In this document: piece after piece, positions 25,654 through 40,071 of the stretch | Numbering within the stretch: position 1 is the stretch's first letter | Layout of the letters: each line of letters opens with the position of its first letter | Origin: Eledone cirrhosa | Taxonomy: Eukaryota | Length of the DNA stretch: 64,000 nucleotides | Direction: 5' to 3' | Assembly: GCA_964016885.1 (NCBI GenBank) | Contig: OZ024743.1 | Location: forward strand, 95,356,001 to 95,420,000 | Notes under the pieces: model-generated | What the model was told of the DNA's origin: nothing | Databases searched by the model: none | Seen by the model: the letters and a program-made list of their open reading frames with translations, nothing else | Position numbers and translations under genes: made by a program

Positions 25654-25843
25654 TGTTTCTACTTTTGGCACAAGGCCAGCAATTACCCAGTGTATTACTG
25701 GTACTTTATTTTATCGACCCCATAAGGATGAAAGGCAAAGTTAACCTCGGCGGGATTTGAACTCAGAATGGCAAGGGCCGTAACTCTATGCGTCAAAGCA
25801 TGGCGTCCGACCCTCTACCGATACTGCCAATCCACTGGCCATG
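25654..25843 (-). mobile_element. Young SINE family B, 16-bp TSD
   Basis: AGTATATAGAAATAAC at 25638-25653 and 25844-25859. Confidence 0.92.
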
Positions 25844-26109
25844 AGTATATAGAAATAACGTTGTTGTACATGTATAGATGGATATATCGATGCCTGCATA
25901 TACTCTTATGTTGATCTGTGCTTTATGCATATATACTATAAGCATTATGCATGGTCGAAAAGCTTACAGGTTCTCAGAAATGTTTTGAAGCTAATTCTGA
26001 GAAATACGTTAAGTATATTCTGCTACTTACACTACGGTCCAATGAATAGGTAGTTCTGTTACTTGAATACTTGAAACATCCCAACGTAGTAAACAAAATG
26101 TGTCTCAAC

Positions 26110-26544
26110 AAGTGGTTAGAGAATTGGATTTGCAATCGTGAGGTTGTGAGTTCGATTTCCGGACCGGGAAATGCCTTATGTCCTTGAGCAAGACACTCTT
26201 TTTCACGTTGCTCCTTTTAACTGGAATTGCGACCGATATAGAGTATTAGCAATTAGAAAGACCAATAGAAACATTGCTTCCTCAGTCCGATTTGACAAAA
26301 GCCGATCGACTGTCGATGTATATATATATATATATATATAGATATATAAATTAATAAAAACAATGAAATAAATACAAAGAACAAGTTCCTTATATCAAAA
26401 AGTTCATCATTTTACGATCGTTTCTGGGATGTATATGTTGGTATGTATATCATGTTTAAGATCTATGTAAAAATATTACAAATTATCAGAGAAAATATAC
26501 ATACCTTCACATATACATGCAGTCCTCAGAAATATATATATTAC

Positions 26545-26626
<82 letters not shown>

Positions 26627-27070
26627 AATATTGAAACGAAGTCATCGGAAGAACCGATGTATGTCCAACCATTCTGTTACTCATTCAATGCCTTAATTAA
26701 ACCAGCCTCATTAAGATACCAACCGAAAAGGCAGAAAGAAATTCTTTCGTGGGAGTAGAGAATTTAATATATATGCATTTAATATCACATGAAATCACAC
26801 ATTCAAATATATGTACGTATATTATAGCGATTATAAAATGTTATTATATATATATATAATATATATATAATAAGAATCGATCGTCTTTCGTCAAATCGGA
26901 CCGAGGAAACAATGTTTCCGTTGGTCTTTCCGGTTGCTAGTACTATCTATCGTTCGCAACTCCAGGTAGAAGGAGCAACGTGAAATAAAGTGCTTTGCTC
27001 AAGGACATAACGCATCGCCCGGGAATCGAACTCACAACCTCAAGATTGTTAATCCAATCATGAGGTTGTG
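26110..27070. mobile_element. Two SINE family C variants in tail-to-tail inverted orientation (26110-26312 plus; 26876-27070 minus)
   Basis: Both carry GAGGTTGTGAGTTCGATT...GTCCTTGAGCAA...TTTCACGTTGCTCC...AAAGACCAA...GAAACATTG...CCGATTTGAC. Confidence 0.8.
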
Positions 27071-27079
27071 AGTATATGA

Positions 27080-27145
<66 letters not shown>

Positions 27146-27147
<2 letters not shown>

Positions 27148-27728
27148 TGTTTCACCTTCGCGGATCTTCAGCTCGGGATGTGTATGGTTATAGGAACAGG
27201 AACGATAACCTACGAACGCTAATGCGCAGAAACTCGGTCACTTCACACAGGCAATACTAGACTGCGTGCGGGAGGTGTAAGGGAGATAACTGCGAAAGTC
27301 CGGAAAGTTTTTAGGTTGAAAATAAAATAAAAAAAAATTAAAAATAAAATTACAAAGAATCAGTCCGGAGCCTTGTAGTTATGCAATAGATGTTTGGTGA
27401 CGTGTGGACAACGTGTGAAAAATTCACTACTCGTGTTTAGGCAATCACTATTGCGTAATCTCTTTAGTATAGTTATTCGTTCGTCGATACATAAGCCACA
27501 CGTCGGATTTCCCTTTGCGTATGGCTTGTACTTAGTGATAGCTTTCCATTGAATGGAGTAGCCTATGCTTGAGTCCTTGAGGGACCATACGTGGCTCGCG
27601 AGTTTCGTGGATGTAATTTTATTTTTAATTTTTTTTTATTTTATTTTATTTTATTTTATTTTATTTTATTTTATTTTATTTTATTTTATTTTATTTTCAA
27701 CCTAAAAACTTTCCGGACTTTCGCAGTA
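27146..27728. mobile_element. TA-adjacent island: truncated hammerhead (27146-27177 minus, 39-kb family) plus inverted repeat 27290-27353 / 27612-27726
   Basis: Reverse CCGAG-CTGAAGA-TCCGCGAAGGT-GAAACAAT; CTGCGAAAGTCCGGAAAGTTTTTAGGTTGAAAAT is mirrored. Confidence 0.7.
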
Positions 27729-28043
27729 TCTATTTAAGAATGACCTTTAGTATCTATTTCATACTATTAACCTTATTTGAAAATATATCTGACCAAGAAT
27801 GCCTTTTGTGAAAATAAGTCATGTGGAACTATTGTCATCTTGCCTGACGGTTTGAACCTTACAGAACCACCTGCCTCTTTGAGGTCAAATACCACCCTAC
27901 TACATACAATCTACAAACTGACCAATGAGAATCAAGACTATTCCTGCTGACAACATCAAATATTCCTAACAAGCTCATATGTCCCAATGCTCTGATACCA
28001 TCAACACTATACACACAGAGCTGGCATATCTAAGAACTGACTA

Positions 28044-28099
28044 ACTGCCTGATGAGGTCATAGCCATTCAATGGCTATCATCGAAATATATATAGCAGT
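28044..28099 (+). ncRNA. Minimal hammerhead ribozyme motif
   Basis: ACTGC-CTGATGA-GGTCATAGCCATT(C)AATGGCTATCATC-GAAA-TATATA-TA-GCAGT. Confidence 0.82.
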
Positions 28100-28140
28100 A
28101 AATAAAGGATTATGAGTTCATGCAATTGACTTATGTTTCG

Positions 28141-28184
<44 letters not shown>

Positions 28185-28186
<2 letters not shown>

Positions 28187-28359
28187 CCGAAGGAATTGTG
28201 GTAAGGAAGCAGATGGACCATAACGCACCAGAGTACTCAATACTTAGGGTAGTAGAGTGGGTAATAGGAAAAGTTATGACCCCCACGGCTGAGCTCAATC
28301 CGTTTCAACGAATTGGCCGTCGAAACGGATTGAGCTCTGCCGTCGGGGTCATACATTTT

Positions 28360-28362
<3 letters not shown>
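28185..28362. mobile_element. Short TA-embedded element with ~35-bp hairpin; related pieces at 7935-8052 and 58735-58768
   Basis: ATGACCCCCACGGCTGAGCTCAATCCGTTTCAACG / CGTCGAAACGGATTGAGCTCTGCCGTCGGGGTCAT; shared ATGGACCATAACGCACCA..GTACTCAATACTTAGG. Confidence 0.7.
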
Positions 28363-28422
<60 letters not shown>

Positions 28423-28744
28423 ATATATATATCACCAAATTTTGAGCAAGAAAGATGGAAGACAACTTACTCCATCTGATTTAATTTTAACTCCTAAGAG
28501 TTCTTTTTAATTTTTATTTCAATATTCAACATTTGATAAGATGAATTTTAATAATAGATCGAAACCGGTAATAATTTAAATCCATTATAAATCTTTTTTT
28601 AAAAAGAATTGTCGCTCTCATTTTTTCAATAATGTTATCTTTTCAATAATGTCACTTTGCCGAATCAAAAAAAGAAAAACAGACCTTTAAATATATTTTC
28701 CGTGCTATTTCCAACTTCATCTTTCCTCCCTATATATATATATA

Positions 28745-31500
28745 TTGTTATGCTTTGGGAGGGTCATGTTGCCAATAAGAAACACACGCACCAGTTGCTT
28801 TCTCTCCAATTTATTATAAATTAAATTTATAAATTTAGGAATTTATAAATTTCCGGTTGGTTGGTTGGTTCCACAACCAGACGATTGTTCATATATTGTC
28901 AAAGTTCTTTCGTCACACATTCTGTGACCTCCTCAGTGACTGGGGATTCTTTTCTTTGTTTTTGTGCCCCTCCTTTGTTCTGTCCTACGCCATCTTGTTT
29001 TTGTGTGTGTTGTGTGCTTAGTTTGCGCATGTGTTACATCCGGGTGTCTGTGTGTGTTTATATTTGTTTATTTATTTGTTTATTTACATGTTATTGGTTG
29101 GTTGTTTGTTCTATGTGTGTGTGTGTTTTCATTTTGTCCTTAATTGTAAGTTGTGATGTTGCTATTCCATTCATGTTTTCTATTTAATTTTGGTTGGAGT
29201 TCATTTATGTTTATTGCCTCTGTGATTTGTCTAAACATTGCGTGTTTTCTGTGTGTAGATTTTATTTTTATTTCTATGTTCTTTAATTTACCCTTATGTT
29301 CTATTTTAGCATGTTGGTGGAGTACAGATGATTCTTAGCTATCTTGAAGCTCTCGCCAGTGTTCATTTATTCGTTCTCCTATACTACGAGCTGTCTCAAC
29401 TATGTACACTATATTCTTATCTCTACATTGTCCTTCAGTACATCTTATGCTATATACTACATTTCTAGTTTTACAGTTAATATGGGGGCTTAGTTTACAG
29501 AATATATATTTCTTATCTATACAGGGAGGTCTTTGAAAAGGGTATGTATTGCTAATAAGTGTTTTTATGGAGGTACCTGGTCTTTCTACTATCTTAATAT
29601 TGAGTTTATATTTATCTAGGGCCCTTCTAAATTTGTAAGCTAATTCACCTCTAGGTGTTGTATTGATGAACATTACACTCTGGTATGTATTGCTATCATA
29701 CCATGAGTTTATTCTATTAACCTTATTCCTAGTTCTTTCTATTCTATTCCAAAATTTGCTCCTATACAAGGGGCAGGTCCCATTTGTATCATTATTTACC
29801 ATTTTTTCCCATTTGGTTCTGGCTCCTCTATATACTCTGATTTTATCTCTCTGATTGTAACCAGAGAACTGCATACGGTGGATGAAGTGTTGTATGTGTC
29901 TCTCTAGATCTTTGGGGTTGCACATGCGGGACACGTTTCTCATTACTCGTACCAAATCCGCAATCAATATGTTGATTTTGGTATGGTCCGAAACAGCTGA
30001 GTTTCGGTGGATCAAGTATTTGGAAGTCATGGGTTTGGCATAAGGGGAATGGAGGATTTGTTTTTTGTTATTAATGGTATCTAACCAGAGCTCTGTGTCT
30101 AGTACAGGTAATCGATGGTTGGGGTCTTTGCTTGGGTAGTCTATAGTAACTCTAATACTCTGGTGGATGGAGTTAACTATTTGCTGGATGCTTTCCATTG
30201 TGTTTTTCTCTAATTCCTGACTGTTCTCTAGTGGGGGTGTTTTTACTACGATGTTTATATCATCAACGTAGCGGGAGTACATTATCAGGGTTGAGGGGTC
30301 TTCTAATTGTTCTTTAAGTTTAAGTTTAAGTCTACTGTCCCACCATACCATAAATAGGTTAGTTATGTCGTCTGCAATGCTAACACCAATGGCTGCTCCC
30401 TCCTCTTGGGCATATGTTTTTCCATTAAATTTGAACATATGTTCCTTAAGGGTTAATTTTATGCTGGCCCCCACCGCATGTGCAATCATTTTCTTTAGTT
30501 CATCGTGGTTTTCGGGGGTCCGTATGGCTCTGGTCCACCCGTTCCATCTATCTGTGTGGGTTTTCTTGGCCATTGGGGTAATGGTAGGTGGTCTGCCTCT
30601 TGCTGGTCTTGTAGGGCACAGGTTGCTAAGGTCATATGTATCTAGGTAATTATTACTATAGGTAAGTTTAAGTAGGAGTCCCAGCTCACTGTCAACCGAC
30701 ATTCTTCCAGACTTGTCTGATGGAAAGCATGCTATCTTCCATTACGCGAGCGCTGCATGAGCTTACGCAAGCCATTTGCAGATTTTTCTCCCAGTTGCTG
30801 GGCCTCCATTCTATTATGCTTCTTGCTATACTGTTCTATAATATTTCTAAGTTTAGATCTAGCTATACTAAATTGTGCTTCTGTTTGTTCATCGACCTGC
30901 GACGGCAATTGCGTGCGTTTGTTAAAAGCTAAAGTCGTGGCGTGGACTCGTCACAGGTCGAACGACTTATCGGAAGGATTATAAAAAGTAGAGTTCCAGG
31001 CTGCTGCTTTATGTGTACTAGTGCTATTGTTATTGTTAGTTGTGTTGCTTCTATTTCTATTTCCACCAACAGCCTCCTGGTTGTTTCTATGTCTCTCATT
31101 ATTACTCCTGTCTCTTTCCTCGGGCTCATTTTTATTATCTACTCTATTTTGTGTGTCTGTGTGTTCGTCCTGGTTATTTTCTCTGTCAGTATCGATAGTC
31201 TGCCTGCTCCTTTCAATCCTACTACATTCCCTTATTTATGTGTTACTGTCATTACCTGTTTTCTGTGTGTGTGTTTGTTAAGATTGTGGTGGTCGTGAGA
31301 GGCATAGAATGTGTGTGTGTTGTTGTTGTTGTTGATGTGTGCTGTTGTTGATGTGTGTTGTTGTTGTTGTCTCCATGTATGTTATTATTGTTGTGTGTGT
31401 TGTTATTGTTGTTTGTGTATGTGTGTCTGTTGTTTTTTCTGAGTATGTTATTATTGTTGATGTGTGTGTTGTTGTTGATCTGTGTGTTGTTGTTATATAT
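28745..31500 (-). mobile_element. Penelope-like element (non-Naiad clade), internally deleted, both ends in (TA)n; hammerhead 28898-28940
   Basis: DKSGR; FNGKTYAQEEGAAIG, YSRYVDDI, LPVLD, YAKP; GIY-YIG NVVYSIRC...YIVETARSIGERINEH; reverse GTCA-CTGAGGA...GAAAGAACTT-TGAC. Confidence 0.9.
29335..30702 (-). pseudogene. PLE RT/GIY-YIG ORF fragment (455 aa), premature stop inside the endonuclease
   Basis: ORF track; endonuclease homology continues past the stop to ...LNRKHEWN near 29165. Confidence 0.88.
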
Positions 31501-31914
31501 TATATATATATTATATACATATGATAACTGATTAGTAGTTAAGACGTTTACTTAGAAAGTATGAAATCCTGAATTCGATCCCATTGAGTGTCTGCTACCG
31601 TAGCCTCGTCTCGACCTAAACCTTGTAAATTGTGTGGAAGTCGGATGGATTCAGCCTGTAATTCACATTGTCCGCCTTGTTACACTGCCAGGCAGACCCT
31701 ACTACTTGCATATGGAATACTCCACTTTATATGTATATTCAATATGTAGACAGTTCCGTTGGTCGGATGACTGGACGCCCACACGTCAGCATATTCATAC
31801 TCATTTCATATATTGATATAGGCTAATGAGGATTTGTCATCTCTCGTCACACCAATGAGGATTACTTCGAACAGACCTATGGTAAGAGGTTCCTATTCTC
31901 TTACTTCTACCTTA

Positions 31915-32072
31915 TTCTCTCCACCTCCTACTTCACTCTCACCACCTCCTACTTCTTTCACACCACCTCCTACCTCACTCTCTTCACCTCCTACTTCACT
32001 CTCTCCACCTCCGACCTCATTCTCTCCACCTCCTACTTCACTCTCCCCACCTCCTACTTCACTCTCTCCACC
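31915..32072. repeat. 21-bp minisatellite (CCACCTCCTACTTCACTCTCT)n, ~7 copies
   Basis: Direct periodicity; translates as (PPTSLSP)n. Confidence 0.9.
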
Positions 32073-32134
32073 TTAAGTCTCGCTCCCTTCCAGATTCATT
32101 CCCTTTCCTTCTCCCTAGCATTATTATTTTGCCT

Positions 32135-32521
32135 AGGGCGGTGGATTGGCAGTATCGGTAGAGGGTCGGACGCCAGGCTTTGACGCATAGAGTTTCGTCC
32201 CTTGCCATTCTGAGTTCAAATCCCGCCGGGGTTAACTTTGCCTTTCATCCTTACGGGGTCGATAAAATAAAGTACCAGTAATACACTGGGTATTTGCTGG
32301 CCTTGTGCCAAAAGAAGAAACAATTATGATTTTAGGGCGGTGGATTGGCAGTATCGGTAGAGGGTCGGACGCCATGCTTTGACGCATAGAGTTACGTCTC
32401 TTGCCATTCTGAGTTCAAATCCCCCCGAGGTTAACTTTGCCTTTCATCCTTAGGGGGTCGATAAAATAAAGTACCAGTAATGTACTGGGTAATTGCTGGC
32501 CTTGTGCCTAAAGTAGAAACA
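32135..32521 (+). mobile_element. Head-to-tail dimer of young SINE B inside one 15-bp TSD
   Basis: Copies start at 32135 and about 32333; ATTATTATTTTGCCT at 32120-32134 and 32522-32536. Confidence 0.9.
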
Positions 32522-32819
32522 ATTATTATTTTGCCTCGCAGAAGGATTCTATCCGAACAAAACCTCGGAATTTCTCTTCCAGCGGCATGCAAACCTATTT
32601 AAGCATTAATGTCATAATAAAATATAAACTAATTTAAGGACCATTGAGGTACTGATGTTACGTTTTAGTAAAGTGTGTATTGTAGAAAAACGATTATTTT
32701 GTCAAGAAATCACAAACCAGGATGTGTGTCCAAAATTAGGACTAGTAGAACCCTGTCTTGAGCAAACCAACTTTTAAAATATTTTACACCATACACAGTG
32801 TATGTATGTATGTATGTAT

Positions 32820-33185
32820 TCTAGGAGAAGGAAAACTCTGATGTAACACCTGCAACTCTGATGGTATCCAATGATGTTGACTTGTTCTTCTTTTTGGTAA
32901 ATATCATCTTGGTTAAGAGAGTGGGACTGGCTTTGTGCAGTGCCTTTGCTCACTATAAAAGCTTCACGGAACAGGTATTGCTTTATATCTGGAGAGCTCT
33001 CTGCACTTGTCGTCACATGGTACCATGGGCTCAGCACTATGTGTCAATAATTGTCACAAGTGTAGTGTTTGTACCAGAGTTTTCAAGTCGCTAAAAAGTC
33101 TCACTCGTTCAGTGCATCGGTAGGGATTCTCCTACATGGATATAAAGTAGTGACCGTACTCGAAAACGAGTTGGCAGCCACCATG
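32820..33185 (+). mobile_element. Non-autonomous RTE-derived element, 5'-truncated
   Basis: Near-identical to 15252-15624. Confidence 0.8.
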
Positions 33186-33204
33186 TGTGTATGTATGTGT
33201 GTAT

Positions 33205-33424
33205 TTTCTTCTGGTTTTATAATTTCACAAATTTTTTTTACCAATATAGAGAGAGAGTCGGTTTCTAACATAGACACAATACTCTCTCATTGGAATTTAC
33301 ACAACATCAACTAGGTTGATGTGTATGCATGCATGTGTAGATATGGATGTTATTTTGTGTGGATGTGTATGTTTTGAGTTGTATGTGTGCATGTGTATAT
33401 GCTTTGTATCTGCAGTTATTGCAA
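33205..33424 (-). mobile_element. 3' UTR of R4/Dong-like LINE inside (TATG)n
   Basis: Matches 15772-16000 and the reverse of 44970-45206. Confidence 0.8.
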
Positions 33425-33571
33425 TGTATGTATGTATGTATGTATGTATGTATGTATGTATGTATGTATGTATGTATGTATGTATGTATGTGTGTATGTA
33501 TGCATACATGTATGTATGTATGTATGTATGTATGTATGTATGTATGTATGTATGTATGTATGTATGTATAT

Positions 33572-34110
33572 ATGTTACCAGTATCACTCTTGAATGCTAC
33601 TGGTAACATGTAACCCAGTACAACCTGTCGCATGGTCGGGTCGTCGGCGACTAAAGCGGCAATCCCACCAAATTTACTTGGTGAGGAGGGTGATTTTGCA
33701 GGACAAAAAACAAAACCTGACAAAGGGCGGAAGAACTCATAAGCGTCAACGGCCATCCGAATGTGTGTAAATATGTGTATACACATGTACCGCACGGTTA
33801 AACCACTGGGGGTGAAGGACCCCTAGCCTTTGTCAGGGCATTCTTCTAGGAGAAGGCAACTCAGGAAACTGGGATAACTCCGACATAAAACCTGCGGCTC
33901 CGTAGTTACCGATGATGTTGATCTTTTCTTCTTTTCGGGTTATAGTTACTGTCGCTCAGAGAGTGGGATTGGCTCAGTGCACAGTCTTTCCTCACTTTAA
34001 AAATATATCTTCACGCACAGGCATTGCACGATAGAATTAATTAATAATTATTAATAATGGTATATCGTTCAATGGCCATACTCGATAACGAGGGGGCAGC
34101 CATCATCATG
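33572..34110 (+). mobile_element. Related non-autonomous RTE-derived subfamily
   Basis: Colinear with 15016-15624 (CCCAGTACAACCTGTC.CATGGTCGGGTCG, TTCTAGGAGAAGG, GGCC.TACTCGA.AACGAG..GGCAGCCA) but lacks the zinc-finger segment. Confidence 0.7.
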
Positions 34111-37100
34111 TATGTACGTATGCACGTATGTATGTATATGTATGCATGTGATGTATGTATGCATGGACCCGTAATTACTGATGGAGTTCTAGGGACGTCT
34201 TCGTGACATACGGCATGTGTTAGACACGTTTTAAACCTGCCAGAACCCTTCCTTTGCCAGGTTTTAACGCAATTGATTTCTATCAGAGAAAGAAAGAAAG
34301 AGTGTGATAGAGAGAAAGTGAGAATAAAAGATACAGAGAAAGATTTGCCGGACTGGTACTGTTTTGATCGACTTCCAAAGTTGATCTCGGCAGGTTTTGA
34401 ACTCGGAAAGCGCAGAGAACATCCACAAGATCAACAAAAGTAATAGCGAGGTGGAAGTTGTTTTGAGTACGTATTAGTTATTTCTAGCATGTTAAATAAT
34501 GTATTGATAATTAGTTGTTGCTTAAGACCAGCCCATCACTGATCAAGTCGACCTATGATGGAAGACATCCCAGCTTCGTCGATTTCCACCTTTTTGTACA
34601 TCTAGAGCTACACTGTCTTATGTGCCCTTTCTGTTTTAAGACCGTAGTGTGTGATTTAGATGAATTTGACTGCATTATCTAGCAGATTAACAGACTTCGT
34701 AGAGTCTCCTGCGTCTGTTGTTGTTGTTGCTTCCGTTGCTCTTATTGTGGATGATTTAAGATATTTTCATTACATCAAAGTTGGTTTGTTTTTGTGCAAG
34801 ACAGCGTTATATTAGTTCTAAAGTTTTGGCCAGAAGCCTTGAATGCTTGATTTCTTGCCAAACCAATCGTTTTCCTACAACATCCACTTTACCAATCGTG
34901 ATCAGTACCTCAATGATCCTAAATAAGTTAGATATTTTGTTATGATATTCATGATTAAATATGTTGACAACTATTGATGTTGAAAACCAGCGTCGTATAC
35001 GGGGATTTGAGCAACCGTGTTTCTATCTACGTTTTCAGTTGATCGATCACTGAAATCACTGTAGAAAATACCAAAATAATGACTACTTATCAACTTAAAG
35101 TTATTTATATTAATTTCCAACACTCGACGGCATTGAACTGACATTTTATAGCCTTATGTTACTTTAGATTCATTGCCATGAATGTAAGCTACTGCAGTAC
35201 GTGTTTTTAAAACATTTCAGTACATTCATAGCTGTTGTACTTATTTGCGATTTTTGTAATAAAATAGGAAGATTGCAAGAACAACGACTGGTACTTTAAG
35301 TGGTATCTACATTTTACACATCCTTGTCTTCATATATTGAACATATTTTAAGTCCAAACACACACACACACACACACACATTCCCATGCAAAACACGCAG
35401 ATGTACTTATACTATGATATGTCTCACCCCCCGTCTTCATCTATACGGAGAGAACACATTAATTTTACAAAAATATATTTCCTGACAGTAGGCTTTATTT
35501 ATAGGCCCCCTCGGGTTATAGTTAATATATTTTCATTTTGTTTTTCAAATTCTCTTATCTTATATTATTAAATATCATATATTTTTTATACTTACAATAA
35601 TCAACCACTTGCATAGAAACATACAATTAATGACACAGCAAATAATAGACACATACAAACTATAAATAATATATTCACACTTGTGTATATAAACATGGAT
35701 ATACACACAGATATTAACTCTGAGAAACAATAAGAAAAATAGGTTATGTTCTGACGTAGAACTTTGAAAGTTATACTAGTAATACGGTGAAATGACCTTT
35801 CTAGAATGTCGCATAGATGGCTTTGCAGCATTCGTCCCGGCTTTCTACGTTTTAAGTTCAACTCCCGTCCAAATCAATTTCGCTTTTTATTCTTCAGAAT
35901 CAACAAATAAAGTACCTTCCCAGTACTGGGAGACAATTTTTCTATCACTCTTACTCGATTGATCATTTGTTGTTTCTCTAGTAGAAACCATACCCGTTCC
36001 GACCTAAAGAAGAATGGGCTCCACCAGAGTTACATGTCTGATACATATAATAACGACGTCCCTACGACTCTACCGGTAAATGAATTCATGGATATATACT
36101 ACTGCGTATTTCAAGACAAGTGGAGAGCTACAGTGTTAAGAAAACGAAAACTACTGACAATAAACTTATTTGAATATCCAGTCAGATCCATTAAGATGTA
36201 GCCTAGATTTCGTAGAATTAATCTGTTTGTTTTACTGTTGATATGAAAGACGAGATAGTTATCTGGCTCAAAGAAACTATTTTCCAATCTTAGTCTAAAA
36301 CAATTCTGAGATCAGCGATAAAAATATCACCAAGACAATTAGAAGTTCCGTCCAACCAATAGACTTCCAAACAATTTCAATCTATCCAACTTCACTCACA
36401 AGATATGAGTTGGCACAAGGCTATGGTAAGTGTAATCTGTCCATGATGCTACACATAGAGATCAAACTTGCAATCTAGTGATTCCGAAACGAACGTCTTC
36501 AATATTCGGCCATACTCCACTCAAATTATATACTAGGGCCACAGCAACACAAGAAAAGTAATTTTTCCAATAGTAATATCAAATATAACCTGATTAAAAA
36601 GCATTGATTTCAGAAGTAGTATATGAAACTGCTCACCCAATGTTCTTAATGATAAAATTACAAACAATAAAAATAGCTTACCTAATTAGAGTGGAAACTT
36701 TATTTCCCAATCGTTTTGTATTAGAAAGAAATAATTTTATAAATTAATTTTGCTAAAAGTTACATTTCTCAAATGGGACCATAATCAGTTATAAAGTATT
36801 GAAATATAGTTTGCAACATAATCCATGTTTTCTTATATCTAATAATAATCAATAGGGTTAAATTGAAATACTGTGAGCACAATCGTTTGTTTCAATGACT
36901 CTTGTATTGATACCTGCTTTGAAGCTTATTTGCGGCTATTAGTTTATGTTTACACCCAGACATTAAAAAAACGTAAAATTCAATATTTAACAACGATAAC
37001 ATCTAGATAATATAACTCGTTTTAAGCAGGCATTATGTAAAAAGAAAGCTTAGCACTCTTCAATCGATCATTCTTCAGACGTCATATATCCATCAAGTTC

Positions 37101-38729
37101 TTACCTTACACGTGTTGTCAGTCTCACTGATTTATTTCTGAATTCTCCCTTACCGGTCTATTGCGCCAGCTTAGATCAATAGTACTCAATATAAACAAAA
37201 AGTATCGACAAGGCAGCTAAGGTAGAAGAGGCGAATTCGATTAAATCTTTTCAAAAGAAGTTGTTTCTTTCGCGCCAATAACTTGAGTAAGCAAAAATCA
37301 TTCAACATAACTTTCGATGTGCACCATCCGTCGAGCAAATATAAGCTTATTTTTGTTAGCTGTTGTCTAGTGAAGTGACATCTTATATAAATACAAGTTT
37401 AAAGATTTGAATAGAAATGTTTTGCCTATTTCAAAATGTTGCATGTTGTTTATGGTATATCAATACTGTTTACACAGTTTTGGTTTATGTGTTTAAACTA
37501 AATCATGAAATAAATTAATTAATTCTACTCAAATATAGGTCACGCCCTAAACGAAGCACGTGTGTAAAACCACATATGATTGCTGTACACATATATAAGA
37601 CGGTGCTGTAGCTATAGATATTCATATTCATGACTACACCCTGAAAGAAAAGACAACCTAGTTCACAGGTAAAACATCAGCCACAAATACGCTATAATTA
37701 CTAGGAATAGACAAGGGATGTGGTTAAGAAGTTTGTTTCGCAACTTTGTCTCCAGTACAATACTAATTGTCTTTTATCATAAAATCAGGTCATACAAATC
37801 CCTAAGAGTAAAATTTGGTAAATGTGTGGGATCCAGTCAGTGGGAGAGATCTTTCTTGTTCTCAGAATAATTGATATACATATCAACTTTATCGATCTCA
37901 CCAAACGGGAGTGGGTATGATTTCTACTCTCTTTCCCAGATTAATTAATAAAGTGGAGAGTATGTAATTTTTATGATTTTCCAACGTAATTAGCGTTATG
38001 AAGTAAGTGCTTCACTTTGAAACGACATGTGAGATATACTCTACTATATGAAATAAGAAACAAGCAAAGCAATATGTTTGTTCTCCAGTATTCACCACAA
38101 TTTCCATATTTCACAGAAAGGAGTAGGGTGGCTGGTACAGTAGGTACTTTACTATATACAATACCTATCTTGAACTCAAATCCAATGCACTTCACACTAC
38201 CTTTTATCCAAAACTGATCGATAAAATAACTATACGGTCGATATATCCAATTATAACCCTCTCATCAAAACAGTTTTGTGACTAGCCCTTGAAATCAATA
38301 CAACACATAATGCGTGAACTTGACTCCTCGAATCCATTTCAGAAATATAAATTTGACCTTAAAGCTATGAAAATAGCTGATGTGTAAGAAGTCATTTTAT
38401 CAATACCTTATGTCGCCACTGAATATTTGTTGAATGTCATGCGAACTACTAATATAGCGATTTTTTTTTACAGTGGCACACATCTACACCTTCTGTATTC
38501 GATTAAATCCATTCTATTACTTGGTACTATCAAATGAATGAAAGGCAAAGTAGACGACGACAGGATTTATATCATTAAAATAATGGAATGATTTCTATCT
38601 CGAATCAACCAGTAACTATTGGTAATGTAATATTGTGAGAATATACAAGCTTAGTCTGTTGGACACATACGCCCCCCCCCCCCACACACATACGCACACG
38701 CACGCACGCGCACACACGCACACACACAG

Positions 38730-38774
<45 letters not shown>

Positions 38775-38784
38775 GTAATAATAA

Positions 38785-39070
38785 TAAATGTGAAGACTAA
38801 AATCCAAAGAGACTAAAATCCAAAGAGGGTTCGATAAGGATAAATATATGTATAAAATATATAAGAACCCTAGAGCAAATATTTATTAAAATAACAGATT
38901 AAAGTTTAAACAAAGAATCGCTGCTTTCACCATTAATCGAATCTTCTGAAACAAAGAAAAAAAAAATCATTCTGTACATATTTCGAAATATGTTGCTACC
39001 GAAGGAAAACAGGAAGACGATACTTTGGTTCGTGGAGACGTTACCTGGCAATGAACGAAAAAAAAGCGAA
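38785..39070 (-). mobile_element. pLTR fragment of the 56.2-58.0 kb Naiad-type family; more pieces at 39364-39437, 39617-39690, 58840-58990
   Basis: GAAGACTAAAATCCAAAGAG...TTAAAATAACAGATTAAAGTTTAA.CAAAGAATCGCTGCTTTCACC matches 56248-56490. Confidence 0.8.
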
Positions 39071-39071
39071 G

Positions 39072-40071
<1,000 letters not shown>

